IMG/VR virus record: IMGVR_UViG_3300023174_000033
Location: 1 to 64,000 of that record
DNA: 64,000 bases
Strand: one strand, 5' to 3'
In this document: piece by piece, positions 1 through 10,119 of the stretch
Position numbering within the stretch: position 1 is the stretch's first letter
Layout: each line of letters starts with the position of its first letter
Made by a program: the position numbers and the translations under genes
The notes under the pieces: model-generated
Database searches by the model: none
What the model was told of the DNA's origin: nothing
What the model saw: only the letters and a program-made list of their open reading frames with translations

Positions 1-213
1 GTCTGGTCCTTGGTCACCCTGGAAACCTTGTGGGCCATCTGGGCCTTGGTCGCCTTGGAAACCTTGTGGGCCATCTGGACCTTGGTCACCCTGGAAACCT
101 TGTGGGCCGTCAGGTCCTTGGTCACCCTGGAAACCTTGTGGGCCATCTGGGCCTTGGTCGCCTTGGAAACCTTGTGGGCCGTCAGGACCTTGGTCGCCTT
201 GTGGACCTGGTGA
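1..213. repeat. 36-bp coding tandem repeat ([12 protein letters not shown])n
   Basis: ccttggtcaccctggaaaccttgtgggccatctggg-like unit repeated about 5.5 times; variation is mostly synonymous in the minus-strand frame. Confidence 0.95.
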
Positions 214-345
214 TCCAGTAGCGCCGATTCCATCTACACTAACCCAGGATAAATTTCCCCCACTAACTCCTAAAACTTTATCATCTGAACCGGTCAAGCC
301 GGAAAGTAAAAACTTACCAAATAAATCTATCTTATCAATTCTCAT
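1..345 (-). CDS. Collagen-like (Gly-X-Y) fibre protein, 5' part; runs off the window start
   Basis: Minus-strand ATG at 345 reads [67 protein letters not shown] with no stop in the window. Absent from the ORF track. Confidence 0.9.
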   Translation of the reverse strand, partial: MRIDKIDLFGKFLLSGLTGSDDKVLGVSGGNLSWVSVDGIGATGSPGPQGDQGPDGPQGFQGDQGPDGPQGFQGDQGPDGPQGFQGDQGPDGPQGFQGDQGPDGPQGFQGDQGPD

Positions 346-433
346 TTTTGAATATTTTATTGATTTTAATTATATATTAATTCTTTAATTCTTAAAGTGA
401 GTTGAAACTTTTACCCGAAATTTTTATAATATT

Positions 434-754
434 TTGACTATGAAAATTGTGACCATACTAATGTTCTTACTTACTAGTTCTGTCTTTGCACAAACTAATC
501 ACAACACAATTCTTGCCCCGAAACACGACACAATACAGAAAATTAATTTAAGACTGAAGAAAAAAGAACGGCTTGAAACCACCGGAAATATTTTATTCGC
601 AGGTGGTGTTTTATCAACTATAGTATTATATCAAACAAATCCAGTATCACCATGGCAATTTATTGCACCAGTATCCCTTTGTGCAATGGGATTTATCACT
701 ATGGGCATTGCTTCAAAGTATGAAGATGGTGTTGAAGATGAAATAAATAATTAA
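434..754 (+). CDS. Hypothetical exported/membrane protein
   Basis: Signal-peptide-like N-terminus (…SVFAQ) and two C-terminal hydrophobic segments. Confidence 0.6.
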   Translation: MTMKIVTILMFLLTSSVFAQTNHNTILAPKHDTIQKINLRLKKKERLETTGNILFAGGVLSTIVLYQTNPVSPWQFIAPVSLCAMGFITMGIASKYEDGVEDEINN

Positions 755-767
755 ATTAATTCACATC

Positions 768-1193
768 ATGAAAAAAATATTTATCTTATCAATTCTTTTT
801 TTTATTCAGAGTTGTAAATCAACCGATGAATATAGAAATGAATATGCCATTGAAACAATTGATTCTACTTTTTCTGATTTGGATCAATTAAGATCAAGAG
901 CTTCCTATTATGATTCAACAATCAATAATTTTAAATTAAATGATTCAGTTCATTTTGACACATCTTATGTTAGTTTGTGTGAAAATTACGAAAAAAGAAA
1001 AAAAGAAATTCTATCACTTGACCACGATAGTATTCTTAATGTATACCATTCCATAAGAGCAAAAGACACCAAGTTAGCTTCTAATTATGCAAATGAATTT
1101 CAACATCATGTAAGAGAATTGGAATATGAAGCAATAAAATCTTATTACCTTTTTTACAGAGAAAAACAAAAAAGAAGTAAAAAAAATCCATGA
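768..1193 (+). CDS. Putative lipoprotein
   Basis: MKK + hydrophobic stretch + IQSC lipobox-like motif. Confidence 0.55.
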   Translation: MKKIFILSILFFIQSCKSTDEYRNEYAIETIDSTFSDLDQLRSRASYYDSTINNFKLNDSVHFDTSYVSLCENYEKRKKEILSLDHDSILNVYHSIRAKDTKLASNYANEFQHHVRELEYEAIKSYYLFYREKQKRSKKNP

Positions 1194-1954
1194 AAATGAA
1201 GATAAATGATTTAAAAAATCAAATAAAATCAAAACAATCTTTTCTCTGTATTGGTTTAGATCCTGAAATATCAAAAATAGGTTATGAAACTCCACTTAAC
1301 TTTTGTAAAAAAATAATTGATCAAACAATTGACCACGCAGTAAGTTACAAAATAAATTCTGCCTTTTTTGAATCACTCGGTTCAGAAGGTTGGTCTATGA
1401 TGGAATGCCTTTTTGATTACTTACAAAATAAAAATGTTTTCATCATCTGTGATTCAAAAAGAGGCGATATTAATTCAACATCAATACATTATTCAAAATC
1501 TGTTTATGATAAATTAAAATCTCATGCTGTAACACTAAACCCGATCATGGGACAAGACTCACTACAACCATTTCTAGATAGAGATAAGGTAAGTATTTTT
1601 CTTGGCCTAACATCAAATCCAGATGCTTCTCAAATTCTTTTAAGAAATTTCGGCGGAGAAAAAGTTTATCAGATGATTATCAATGAAACAAAAAATTGGG
1701 AAAGTAAATCAGATAAAATGTGGGTTATTGGAGCAACCAATCAAAATGAATTCAAAAATGTAAAAAAGGTTCTACCAAATGAATTCCTACTTGTACCAGG
1801 TGTTGGACACCAAGGAGGTTCTTTGGAAGAGGTTGTTGATGGATTAATGATAGACACAAACATATTGATTAATATGTCAAGATCAATCATTTATTCAAAA
1901 GATCCAAGTTCAGAAGCGAAGAAAGTAAGAGATACGATGAAAAAGTATCTCTGA
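1190..1954 (+). CDS. pyrF: Orotidine-5'-phosphate decarboxylase
   Basis: LCIGLDP, YKINSAFFE, DSKRGDI, TSNP, GAT, LVPGVGHQGG and SRSII motifs. Confidence 0.95.
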   Translation: MKMKINDLKNQIKSKQSFLCIGLDPEISKIGYETPLNFCKKIIDQTIDHAVSYKINSAFFESLGSEGWSMMECLFDYLQNKNVFIICDSKRGDINSTSIHYSKSVYDKLKSHAVTLNPIMGQDSLQPFLDRDKVSIFLGLTSNPDASQILLRNFGGEKVYQMIINETKNWESKSDKMWVIGATNQNEFKNVKKVLPNEFLLVPGVGHQGGSLEEVVDGLMIDTNILINMSRSIIYSKDPSSEAKKVRDTMKKYL

Positions 1955-1967
1955 AAATATATAAGGC

Positions 1968-2231
1968 ATGTCGCCTTGTATATGTATTGATGAATCTAGT
2001 TCGATGTTTAAAGTAATAAAGGGTGCCCACTATTGGCAACCAGTAGTAGAACTATCAATAAGGGTGGGTGATATTATCTATTTTGAAAAAAGAAATACTG
2101 GTGTTGTATTATCCAAAACAGATAATCCAGATGATAGTTTTATATTTTTCAGTGAGTTAGAATTTGAAAAACACTTTAAAGATTTATCTGAACAAAGAGA
2201 TAATAAGATTGATGAATTACTAGATGAATAA
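1968..2231 (+). CDS. Hypothetical protein with C-terminal RDNKIDELL motif
   Basis: ORF; C-terminal motif shared with several small ORFs in the window. Confidence 0.6.
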   Translation: MSPCICIDESSSMFKVIKGAHYWQPVVELSIRVGDIIYFEKRNTGVVLSKTDNPDDSFIFFSELEFEKHFKDLSEQRDNKIDELLDE

Positions 2232-2283
2232 TAGTGAAACATTAAGTGTTTTTAGAATATAAATTCCAAAAATTACCAACAAT

Positions 2284-2955
2284 ATGTGGATTTATTACAC
2301 TAATGAGAAACACCCAAGACTAAAACATAAATTTAAAGGTTCCGAAGATATTACAATTAACCACTCACAATCTGGTCAAGATATATTTACATTAATGATG
2401 CTTGATGGGAAAAGAAATGGCACATATCTTGAGATTGGAGCTCATGACCCAATTAATATTTCCAATACTTATCTATTGGAAAAATCTTTTGATTGGAAGG
2501 GACTATCAATTGATATCCAAAAAAATCCGAATTTTGAATTTGTTAGAAAAAATGATTATCTAATTGCTGACGCTTTAAAAACAGATTATAATGAAATCCT
2601 TGAAAGATTTTCTCTACCAAGTAATATAGATTACTTATCTATTGATATTGAACCAAGTATTAATACATTCACTGCTTTGAAAAAAATACCACACGATAAA
2701 TATAAATTCAACGTTATTACATTTGAACATGATTTCTATAGTGGGGATCCATACAATGTGCGAATTGAATCAAGAGAATTTCTTCAATCTTTGGGTTATA
2801 AATTAGTTGCTAGAAATTTATCTGGACTCGGCACTAATTATCCTTTTGAAGATTGGTATGTAAATCCTGATGTAATTGACCCTGAAATAATTGATAAGGT
2901 TATAAATACAAGTGATGATACTAAATTTTTTGAAGATGTAATTTTATCTATCTAA
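2284..2955 (+). CDS. FkbM-like SAM-dependent methyltransferase
   Basis: SQSGQD, YLEIGA..P..SNT, W.GLSID, IDYLSIDIE, ITFEH and EDWYV motifs. Confidence 0.8.
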   Translation: MWIYYTNEKHPRLKHKFKGSEDITINHSQSGQDIFTLMMLDGKRNGTYLEIGAHDPINISNTYLLEKSFDWKGLSIDIQKNPNFEFVRKNDYLIADALKTDYNEILERFSLPSNIDYLSIDIEPSINTFTALKKIPHDKYKFNVITFEHDFYSGDPYNVRIESREFLQSLGYKLVARNLSGLGTNYPFEDWYVNPDVIDPEIIDKVINTSDDTKFFEDVILSI

Positions 2956-3009
2956 ATTTACGATAAAATATCGGAGGTAAAAGTCTTTTGAAGTAAAATA
3001 CTGAAAGTT

Positions 3010-3040
3010 TTTGAAATCACCCAAACCTTTTTTATCTTTG
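3010..3040 (+). promoter_or_regulatory. Bacteroidota-type promoter (TTTG ... TATCTTTG); representative of about 19 copies
   Basis: TTTG at 3010-3013, 19 nt spacer, TATCTTTG at 3033-3040, ATG at 3048. Confidence 0.8.
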
Positions 3041-3047
3041 TAACATT

Positions 3048-3293
3048 ATGGCACAAGCAACACTTAACTTCGACCTAAACGACCCAGATGATAATATGGC
3101 ATTTATGAGAGCTGCTAAATCCACTGATATGGCTTTAGCTCTATGGGAATTCGCCCACAACACTAAAAAATCATTTCAAAGGGATTTTGATGAATCAGAT
3201 GATAAATCCTATGAACTACTTGATAAAGTATATGATAAGTTTTGGGAAATCCTAAATGATAATGGTGTTAAGATAGATGATTTGATTAATTAA
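3048..3293 (+). CDS. Hypothetical phage protein
   Basis: ORF directly downstream of a promoter box. Confidence 0.7.
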   Translation: MAQATLNFDLNDPDDNMAFMRAAKSTDMALALWEFAHNTKKSFQRDFDESDDKSYELLDKVYDKFWEILNDNGVKIDDLIN

Positions 3294-3373
3294 AATGATC
3301 CATAATTAACCCAAACTTTCTTAATGTTCCCAAATACCATCTATATATAGCTTATATAAAAAAACTAATAAAA

Positions 3374-5719
3374 ATGAAACTCCTAAACAGATTCCTCCCA
3401 CTTCTGTTCTTAATCCCCTTCAAAATCTTTTCTCAAATTAACATGACTACAACTAGTAGTCACACTCAAAACTTTAATACCTTATCCACAACTGGAACAA
3501 CAAACGCTTGGACTAATAATTCCACTATAAGTAGTTGGTATTCACAAAGAACAGGTAGTGGAACTACTTATGAAGCTACCGCTGGAACCGCGACTGCCGG
3601 AAATCTTTATAGCTTTGGCTCTACTTCATCCACAGATAGAGCGATTGGTTCGGTTGGTTCAAGTAATGCAGCGGCTGGTAATTTTGCACATGGAGTCTTA
3701 CTTAGGAATACCTCAGGAAATACCATCACATCTATAACGGTTAGCTATACTTTAGAACAATGGAGAAATGGTAATAATACCACACCAAATGTTATAACAT
3801 TTTGGTATCAAACTTCTGGATCTACAATATCTTCTTTAACACCAAATAACAATACGGCTTGGACACAAGTCACAACTCTTAGTACTCAAAGTCCAATTAA
3901 TACAGGCACTGCAGGATCTTTAGATGGGAACGCAACCGCTAATAAATCCACCCTAAATAATATCTCTATACCTAGTTTATCATTAGCTAATAATAGTTTT
4001 ATAATGTTGAAATGGGAAGATCCTGACCATACTGGAACAGACCATGGTTTAGGAATTGATGATGTGACTATTTCTTGGACAACCGCATCTACACCAACTG
4101 CAACTATAACGGGAGCAGCCACTACATCAGCTTTCACCACTACTTATGGAACTGAATCTACCGCACAAAGTTTTTCCATATCAGGATCAAATCTAACTAC
4201 TAGTATAACAGCAACTGCACCAACCGGATTTGAAGTTTCAAATGATGGTATAATTTTTGGAAGTACTACAACATTCACACAATCTAGTGGTAGCGCATCG
4301 GGCACATTAAGAATAAGATTAAAAGCAAATGCATCAGCCACTGGTACATATAATAGTAATAATATTGTACTTTCATCTACAGGAGCAACTAGTGTGAATA
4401 TAACAACACCATCATCAGGAAATTCAGTATCCACTAAAACATTAACTATTACTGGAATAAGTTTTAGTGATAAGGTTTATGATGCAACAACCACAGTAAC
4501 TATTACAGGAACTCCTAGTTATGTTGGATTAGTTAATAGTGAATCGTTCTCTGTATCTGGTTCGGTGACTTGGGCTTTTTCAAGTGCAAATGCTGGAAGT
4601 AGTATATCAATAACTAGAACTGGTAGTTATAATGCACCATCAACAAACTATACAGTAACCCAACCCACTGGATTTACAGCCAATATAACAAAAGCTAATC
4701 AAACTATTACATTCAATAATCTTCCTTTTAAGTGTTCATCAGATGTTGATTTTGCACCAGATGCATCTAGTAGTGCCGGATTGACTTTAACACTTACTAG
4801 CTCTAATACATCTATCGCAACAATCGTTTCAAATAAAGTACATATAGTTGGAAATGGTACTTGTACTATAACTGCATCTCAAGCTGGAAATACTAACTAC
4901 TTTTCAGCAACTAATGTAAGCAAAACACTTATAGTTAAATCACCAACATCTAGGTGGAGCTTTGAATCTATAACCGTAAGTAATACAGGAACAACTCCAA
5001 ACTTTGGTTCAACATCTCAAACTGCTGATATTGGTGACCTAACAACCAGCTCTAGTATAACTGGATTCCATTCTTCTAGTTCTACAAATTGGACATCTAG
5101 TTTTGTTGGTAATGGAAACTCTAAATCCATAAGTGCTACAAACTGGTCAGTTAATGATTATATTCAATTTCAGTTAAAGACTACATATTATGATAGTTTA
5201 TTACTTACAGTAGAACAAAATAGTAGTGGTACTGGTCCAAGAGATTTTAAGTTACAATACTCGTTGAATGGAACAAGTTATACAGATATAACACCATATC
5301 AAGTTCCATATTATGTGCCAAGTACAACAGCTTATGCTTGGTCATCAACAAACTACCAACCACAATCAGCTTTTAGTTTTGATTTAAGCTCACTAACCCA
5401 AATACATAACCAATCTTTAGTTTATTTTAGATTGGTAAATACTAGTACAACAGCTCTATTAGGTGGTGTTGTTCAACCCACAGGAACATCAAGAATAGAT
5501 AATATAACATTGATGGGGAATTATAATGCTCCACTTGATTTAGAAGGATGGATTAGAAATAATCCAAAACCTGATATAAAACCAAAGACTGTTATTGATT
5601 CCGATGTGGAAAAAGTATATTATGATTTATTGGGCAGAAGGGTATCAAAGTTTGAATTAGGTAAGGTTTACATAGAAAAATCATTTGATACACTAAGGAG
5701 GATTTTAATTGTCGAGTAA
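3374..5719 (+). CDS. Large secreted Ser/Thr-rich beta-sandwich protein with a YDG-like segment and a T9SS-sorting-like tail
   Basis: Signal peptide (…IFSQ), S/T-rich Ig-like modules, DKVYDATT segment, C-terminal VYYDLLGRRV. Confidence 0.65.
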   Translation: MKLLNRFLPLLFLIPFKIFSQINMTTTSSHTQNFNTLSTTGTTNAWTNNSTISSWYSQRTGSGTTYEATAGTATAGNLYSFGSTSSTDRAIGSVGSSNAAAGNFAHGVLLRNTSGNTITSITVSYTLEQWRNGNNTTPNVITFWYQTSGSTISSLTPNNNTAWTQVTTLSTQSPINTGTAGSLDGNATANKSTLNNISIPSLSLANNSFIMLKWEDPDHTGTDHGLGIDDVTISWTTASTPTATITGAATTSAFTTTYGTESTAQSFSISGSNLTTSITATAPTGFEVSNDGIIFGSTTTFTQSSGSASGTLRIRLKANASATGTYNSNNIVLSSTGATSVNITTPSSGNSVSTKTLTITGISFSDKVYDATTTVTITGTPSYVGLVNSESFSVSGSVTWAFSSANAGSSISITRTGSYNAPSTNYTVTQPTGFTANITKANQTITFNNLPFKCSSDVDFAPDASSSAGLTLTLTSSNTSIATIVSNKVHIVGNGTCTITASQAGNTNYFSATNVSKTLIVKSPTSRWSFESITVSNTGTTPNFGSTSQTADIGDLTTSSSITGFHSSSSTNWTSSFVGNGNSKSISATNWSVNDYIQFQLKTTYYDSLLLTVEQNSSGTGPRDFKLQYSLNGTSYTDITPYQVPYYVPSTTAYAWSSTNYQPQSAFSFDLSSLTQIHNQSLVYFRLVNTSTTALLGGVVQPTGTSRIDNITLMGNYNAPLDLEGWIRNNPKPDIKPKTVIDSDVEKVYYDLLGRRVSKFELGKVYIEKSFDTLRRILIVE

Positions 5720-5722
5720 TTT

Positions 5723-6538
5723 ATGGATTCTGTAAAGGATTTTGTTTTAAATAAAATAGAAACTACTGATATAAATACTTATCCGTTCTATAATCTTTAT
5801 ATCCAAGATATTTTCCCAGATGATTTCTATAAAAGGTTAAAAGATAAAATGTTGTATTTTAAATACAACAAAAATTTACAAGATAGAAATTGGGATAACC
5901 CCAATTTTATCAATAAAAGGTTTCCACTCCATGATATTAATGATACGGAAATCAGCCAAGTCAGAGAAGTATTTGATGATGTGGACATCAAAAATGCCTT
6001 AATGAAGAAATTCTATTTCAATAGTTATCCAGATGAAATGGTTTTTAATCATGATATGCAATTTGTATTTACAGATGGAATGAGATTCCAAAGTATACAC
6101 ACAGATATACCAGCTCAATTTATATCTGTTAATTTCTATCTACCTGAGGATGAGCTTACAGAAGAGCAAGAGTTAGATAATGGAACTATTCTTTATGATA
6201 AAGAATTAAACCCTTGTAAAATAGTTAGATATAGGGGAAATAGTGTTTCTTTTTTTGCTCCTCATTTTTATAGTTATCATGGTTTTAATACAACTATAAA
6301 GAATAGAAATACTTTATTATTCTTTTATGCACAGAAAGACCTTATCAAAAGGTTTTATGATAATATTAAAAATCAAAATGGTGAACAGAATCCTGATAAG
6401 TTTAAAGATGTTATCCAATGGAAATTATCTAAATATAGATTAATTGAATATGGTTCAGATGATTTGGAATTTCTAACTAAATTAATTAAAGAAAAAGGAG
6501 ATTGTAAAGTAAATACATTAAATGGTAGGATAGAATAA
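5723..6538 (+). CDS. 2OG-Fe(II) oxygenase-like protein
   Basis: YPF…DIFPDDFY, HTD, GTILY, distal SYHG and R motifs. Confidence 0.7.
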   Translation: MDSVKDFVLNKIETTDINTYPFYNLYIQDIFPDDFYKRLKDKMLYFKYNKNLQDRNWDNPNFINKRFPLHDINDTEISQVREVFDDVDIKNALMKKFYFNSYPDEMVFNHDMQFVFTDGMRFQSIHTDIPAQFISVNFYLPEDELTEEQELDNGTILYDKELNPCKIVRYRGNSVSFFAPHFYSYHGFNTTIKNRNTLLFFYAQKDLIKRFYDNIKNQNGEQNPDKFKDVIQWKLSKYRLIEYGSDDLEFLTKLIKEKGDCKVNTLNGRIE

Positions 6539-6580
6539 AATATTTGGAATTCATCCAAACCTTTTTTATATTTGTATCTT

Positions 6581-6790
6581 ATGAAAGTAGTTTGTAATGC
6601 AAACACCACAATATTTAATTTTACTGAAGGTAAAATCTATGAAGTAATAACAGCACCTCACGATTATTTCTTTGCTAAATATATCATAGATGATAAGGGA
6701 TATAAAATTAAATATAGTGAATATACTGAATATATGTTCACGCCACTCGAATCAATAAGACAAGATAAGTTAAACCAATTAATAAAATGA
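6581..6790 (+). CDS. Small hypothetical protein (GKxYEV … IRQDKLNQL family)
   Basis: ATG at 6581 follows TATATTTG (6567-6574); paralogous to the next two ORFs. Confidence 0.65.
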   Translation: MKVVCNANTTIFNFTEGKIYEVITAPHDYFFAKYIIDDKGYKIKYSEYTEYMFTPLESIRQDKLNQLIK

Positions 6791-7008
6791 AAGTATCTCT
6801 TAAAAAAGTAGTATTTATGCCAGATACAGATGATATATATCATCCATTGGAATTAACCCCTAATAAAGTATATGATGTGATTAAAATCGTAAATGAAATC
6901 TTCTATCAGATTAAATCAGATGATGGTGAATTGAGAACCTATTATAACTCATTCTTTGAAGATATAAGTAAAATCAGACAAGAAAAAATAGACCTATTAC
7001 TAAAATGA
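6787..7008 (+). CDS. Small hypothetical protein (same family)
   Basis: LTPNKVYDV … IRQEKIDLLL; ATGA-type overlap with the previous gene. Confidence 0.65.
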   Translation: MKVSLKKVVFMPDTDDIYHPLELTPNKVYDVIKIVNEIFYQIKSDDGELRTYYNSFFEDISKIRQEKIDLLLK

Positions 7009-7292
7009 AAATGAAAGCTGTATTAAATCATGAAGATGATTTATTTACAATGGATAAACCTATTACTCAAATGAATGTTGTATTCACACCAACAGATAAT
7101 AGATTTCCAAATGGTTGGTTGACTATTGGGAAAACCTATGAAGTTATACAAACCCTTTCAGAAAGATATCCATCTGTAAAAAATTATTACCAAATACAAA
7201 ATGATAAAGGTGACCAACATTCCTATTTCACAGAAAACTTTACTGAATTAAGTGAGTATAGGAAAAATCAGATAGATAAGATTATTTATTAA
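7005..7292 (+). CDS. Small hypothetical protein (same family)
   Basis: LTIGKTYEV … YRKNQIDKII. Confidence 0.65.
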   Translation: MKMKAVLNHEDDLFTMDKPITQMNVVFTPTDNRFPNGWLTIGKTYEVIQTLSERYPSVKNYYQIQNDKGDQHSYFTENFTELSEYRKNQIDKIIY

Positions 7293-7305
7293 TTAAAATA
7301 CAATT

Positions 7306-7764
7306 ATGAAAATAGATTTAAATAAACTAGTTGATATAAGGAATAAATCGGCCACCTATGAATTCGAAATCCTTGATAAAATGACTGCTGGGATTGTACT
7401 TACAGGAACTGAAATTAAATCTATTCGCAATCAAAAAGTAAATGTACAAGATAGTTTCTCCCAGTTTAAAGGTTCAGAATTATATCTAGTGAATTTACAC
7501 ATTGGAATTTATAAAGAAGGAACTTATAATAACCACATCCCAAAAAGAGAAAGAAAACTTCTACTTAAAAAATCAGAAATTAAAAAGTGGAAAGGAAAGA
7601 TGGAAGAGAAAGGATTAACCATTGTACTAACTAGATTGTTTATAAATGAAAGTGGAAGATGTAAAGTTGAAATTGCACTTTCAAGGGGCAAGAAGCTACA
7701 CGATAAAAGAGCGAGTATTAAAGAACGAGATCTTGATAGGGAAATAAGAAAGAATTTGGAATAA
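7306..7764 (+). CDS. smpB: SsrA (tmRNA)-binding protein
   Basis: NKSA.YEF, AGIVLTGTEIKSIR, RKLLLKK.EI and GKKLHDKR..IKERD motifs. Confidence 0.97.
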   Translation: MKIDLNKLVDIRNKSATYEFEILDKMTAGIVLTGTEIKSIRNQKVNVQDSFSQFKGSELYLVNLHIGIYKEGTYNNHIPKRERKLLLKKSEIKKWKGKMEEKGLTIVLTRLFINESGRCKVEIALSRGKKLHDKRASIKERDLDREIRKNLE

Positions 7765-7781
7765 GTTAAATTATTTCTTAA

Positions 7782-8279
7782 TTATAGTTTTTCTATTATA
7801 TTAACTAACTTAGCATAATCCTGACTCATCAACCATTTGAGTCCAAAGTGTAAAGGTTGTGGTAAATTATCCAATTCAGTCCAAGTGAATTCCTTAGTTT
7901 CCCAGTTTAATTTAGGTGTAAATTCTTCATCTACTATCGCTAAGAAGTTATAGTATCTAAACGAATCTTTTTGAAATATAGATAGTGGTACCATTTCTAC
8001 CTTACCACTATATCCAGCTTCCTCTGTTAATTCTCTTTTGGCTGAAATTTGTGGATCTTCATCACTATCAATCGCACCCCCCCAAACACCCCAAGTGTTC
8101 GGCTCTAATACATATGATGATCGTAATGGTAAAAGAAATCTTTTTGTTACCCTACATAGGATTATACAACCAGCGCCTTTTTTACCCCAAAATCCAGTAT
8201 CAGATAAAGCCTTACGGTGGTCTTCATCACTTTCCTTCAAAAATTTTTCAAATGATTCAAATTTGAATAAATGTTTCAT
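7782..8279 (-). CDS. NUDIX hydrolase with N-terminal MKHLFKFESF tag
   Basis: Nudix box GGAIDSDEDPQISAKRELTEEAG. Confidence 0.9.
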   Translation of the reverse strand: MKHLFKFESFEKFLKESDEDHRKALSDTGFWGKKGAGCIILCRVTKRFLLPLRSSYVLEPNTWGVWGGAIDSDEDPQISAKRELTEEAGYSGKVEMVPLSIFQKDSFRYYNFLAIVDEEFTPKLNWETKEFTWTELDNLPQPLHFGLKWLMSQDYAKLVNIIEKL

Positions 8280-8944
8280 ATTATATTATTTTCTAAACAC
8301 CATTCATCCAAGACTTTTAAAGCCTCCTCCCTTGGTAAATCTCTTACCACTCTACCATTCTCCTTATAGAACTGTGCCCTCATTTGATTATCTATCCCAC
8401 GCTCAGTGAAATCTTCATCCTTTAGGACTGGTTCAGACTTATATGATCTAGGAATTCTAGGAACTTTAGTAAATAATCCCTCACTAGCTTTATCTTTTAA
8501 TAATTGCTCCAAACCTTTAAATGGGTTTTTATCACTTTCCTCACATATAAAATGTCCCATAGCTTTTGTATAATCAGTAGCCCTTGTATTGGGTGCAAAT
8601 ATAGAAACCACAAAACCAATACCACCTTGATCGAATGGTTTGATTAATATAATGTGATCAGTCTCCTCACATCGACAAATCAAAACCTTTAGAACATCTT
8701 TATCACTATATTCATATTGACGATCAAATTCAGCACTAAATGAAACATCACCTATAATAGATTTACACAACTCTTCTATCTTATTAAAAAATCCGTTTGA
8801 TTTCTTATCATCATCCCAAACGAGATACTTATCCCCCATTAACCAACTCTCCCTCCAAGTATTATATTGTTCCGCACTTATCTCTTCATAATAAGTTGAA
8901 AAGTAATCAGTATCAAAATCTTCAAATAATTTTAAGTGTTTCAT
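8276..8944 (-). CDS. Hypothetical protein, MKHLKLFE family
   Basis: N-terminal tag; C-terminal ~50 aa shared with 17280-17969. Confidence 0.7.
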   Translation of the reverse strand: MKHLKLFEDFDTDYFSTYYEEISAEQYNTWRESWLMGDKYLVWDDDKKSNGFFNKIEELCKSIIGDVSFSAEFDRQYEYSDKDVLKVLICRCEETDHIILIKPFDQGGIGFVVSIFAPNTRATDYTKAMGHFICEESDKNPFKGLEQLLKDKASEGLFTKVPRIPRSYKSEPVLKDEDFTERGIDNQMRAQFYKENGRVVRDLPREEALKVLDEWCLENNII

Positions 8945-8996
8945 ATTTTATATATTTATTTTTGGATTACAATTATATTATTGATATTTTTGTCTT

Positions 8997-9221
8997 ATGA
9001 CATACCAAGAAGCTTACGACCTAGCACTTAAATCAAAATGGATTGCAACACCCTGCTTTGTAGGGGAATCCTGTTGGTGTAATATAATCACACCAGAAGT
9101 CCCAATCTTTTATGGCGAAGAAGATAACGAAGAAGTCCAAATAGTTTCATCAGGCGCCATTAATAAACAAATAGCAGAGCATATAGTAAAAGTCCATAAC
9201 CAATCCCTTGAATCAAAATGA
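8997..9221 (+). CDS. Hypothetical protein (CFxGExCWC motif)
   Basis: ORF after TATTTTTG box at 8985-8992. Confidence 0.7.
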   Translation: MTYQEAYDLALKSKWIATPCFVGESCWCNIITPEVPIFYGEEDNEEVQIVSSGAINKQIAEHIVKVHNQSLESK

Positions 9222-9457
9222 TGAATGAATATTATAAACCCCTAATAGTTTTCCTCATAGGTGGTATCATAGGAATTTCTATTCTCATTTTAAAAACACC
9301 CAGTAAAAAATACCCAGTGACAGTTCAATGTTATTGGGAAACAAAAGGTTATCAATCATATCCCACTTTTGAGTGTGATTCTATTAAAGGTGATACTTGT
9401 TATAAAGATGGTAATGTGATTATAACAAAGAATATTATTAACGTTAGTTTTAATTAA
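9218..9457 (+). CDS. Hypothetical membrane-anchored protein
   Basis: N-terminal hydrophobic helix. Confidence 0.6.
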   Translation: MMNEYYKPLIVFLIGGIIGISILILKTPSKKYPVTVQCYWETKGYQSYPTFECDSIKGDTCYKDGNVIITKNIINVSFN

Positions 9458-9494
9458 ATTTGGTTTACAATTATTTTATCCTTACCTTTGTCTT

Positions 9495-9662
9495 ATGAAT
9501 AACACAAAAGTTGAAAGAGCAATCTACCTACAAAAAAAGGCGAACGACCAAATAGATACTTATGGTGAAGCATCCCATGATGTTGTAGATGAACTAATGG
9601 AAATTGTAGATTCCTTAAATGAAGGGGAACAATCACTTATGTTAGAACTTTATTACAAATAA
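9495..9662 (+). CDS. 55-aa hypothetical protein; its TAA stop forms the first TAAC core of the array
   Basis: MNNTKVERAIYLQKKANDQIDTYG…LYYK*, after TACCTTTG at 9483-9490; below the ORF-track cutoff. Confidence 0.7.
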   Translation: MNNTKVERAIYLQKKANDQIDTYGEASHDVVDELMEIVDSLNEGEQSLMLELYYK

Positions 9663-9748
9663 CGGTTGGGTGTATATGTAGGTTTTTAAATAAATACTCT
9701 AATATATACTATTGAACTAAATGAAAAACTTACATATACACCTTGTTA
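9660..9748. repeat. attC-like site 1 (class A)
   Basis: TAAC-GGTTG-GGTGTATATGTAGGTTTT … AAAACTTACATATACACC-TT-GTTA. Confidence 0.85.
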
Positions 9749-9806
9749 TGTGTTAGTAAAAAAAATAAAAACTTATTATGAAACAAAAATTATACAAATT
9801 AAAAAT

Positions 9807-10019
9807 ATGAAAATTAAAGACTTAAAAGATTGGTTGGATACACTAACAAAAGAACACGATGAATGCGAAATTGTGTTTAGAAAAATTGTTGGTAAAGATA
9901 ATAAGGATTATATGATTGCGAAGGATAATAGCATTGATGCTTGTGGAATAGACACAGACAATAATGAGGTTTATTTTTGTGATGAAACGACACACAACAT
10001 TATTGAGAAAAACTCATAA
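9807..10019 (+). CDS. Cassette 1 ORF, hypothetical
   Basis: ATG at 9807 (MKIKDLKDWL…KNS) after the conserved cassette leader. Confidence 0.7.
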   Translation: MKIKDLKDWLDTLTKEHDECEIVFRKIVGKDNKDYMIAKDNSIDACGIDTDNNEVYFCDETTHNIIEKNS

Positions 10020-10037
10020 TTTTTGTTTTATTACTTA

Positions 10038-10085
10038 TAACGTCCGATGATAAACAATCGTTTTAATGTTGTTTATCATTTGTTA
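10038..10085. repeat. attC-like site 2 (class B, 48 bp)
   Basis: TAAC-GTCCG-ATGATAAACAA-TCGTTTTAATG-TTGTTTATCAT-TT-GTTA. Confidence 0.85.
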
Positions 10086-10119
10086 GGTTTAGTATCAAAA
10101 ATTTTATACAAATTAAAAT

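Noticed and set aside
10-221. Plus-strand ORFs 10-213 and 30-221
   Set aside because: They are shadows of the minus-strand collagen repeat, whose frame has a proper start and mostly synonymous variation.
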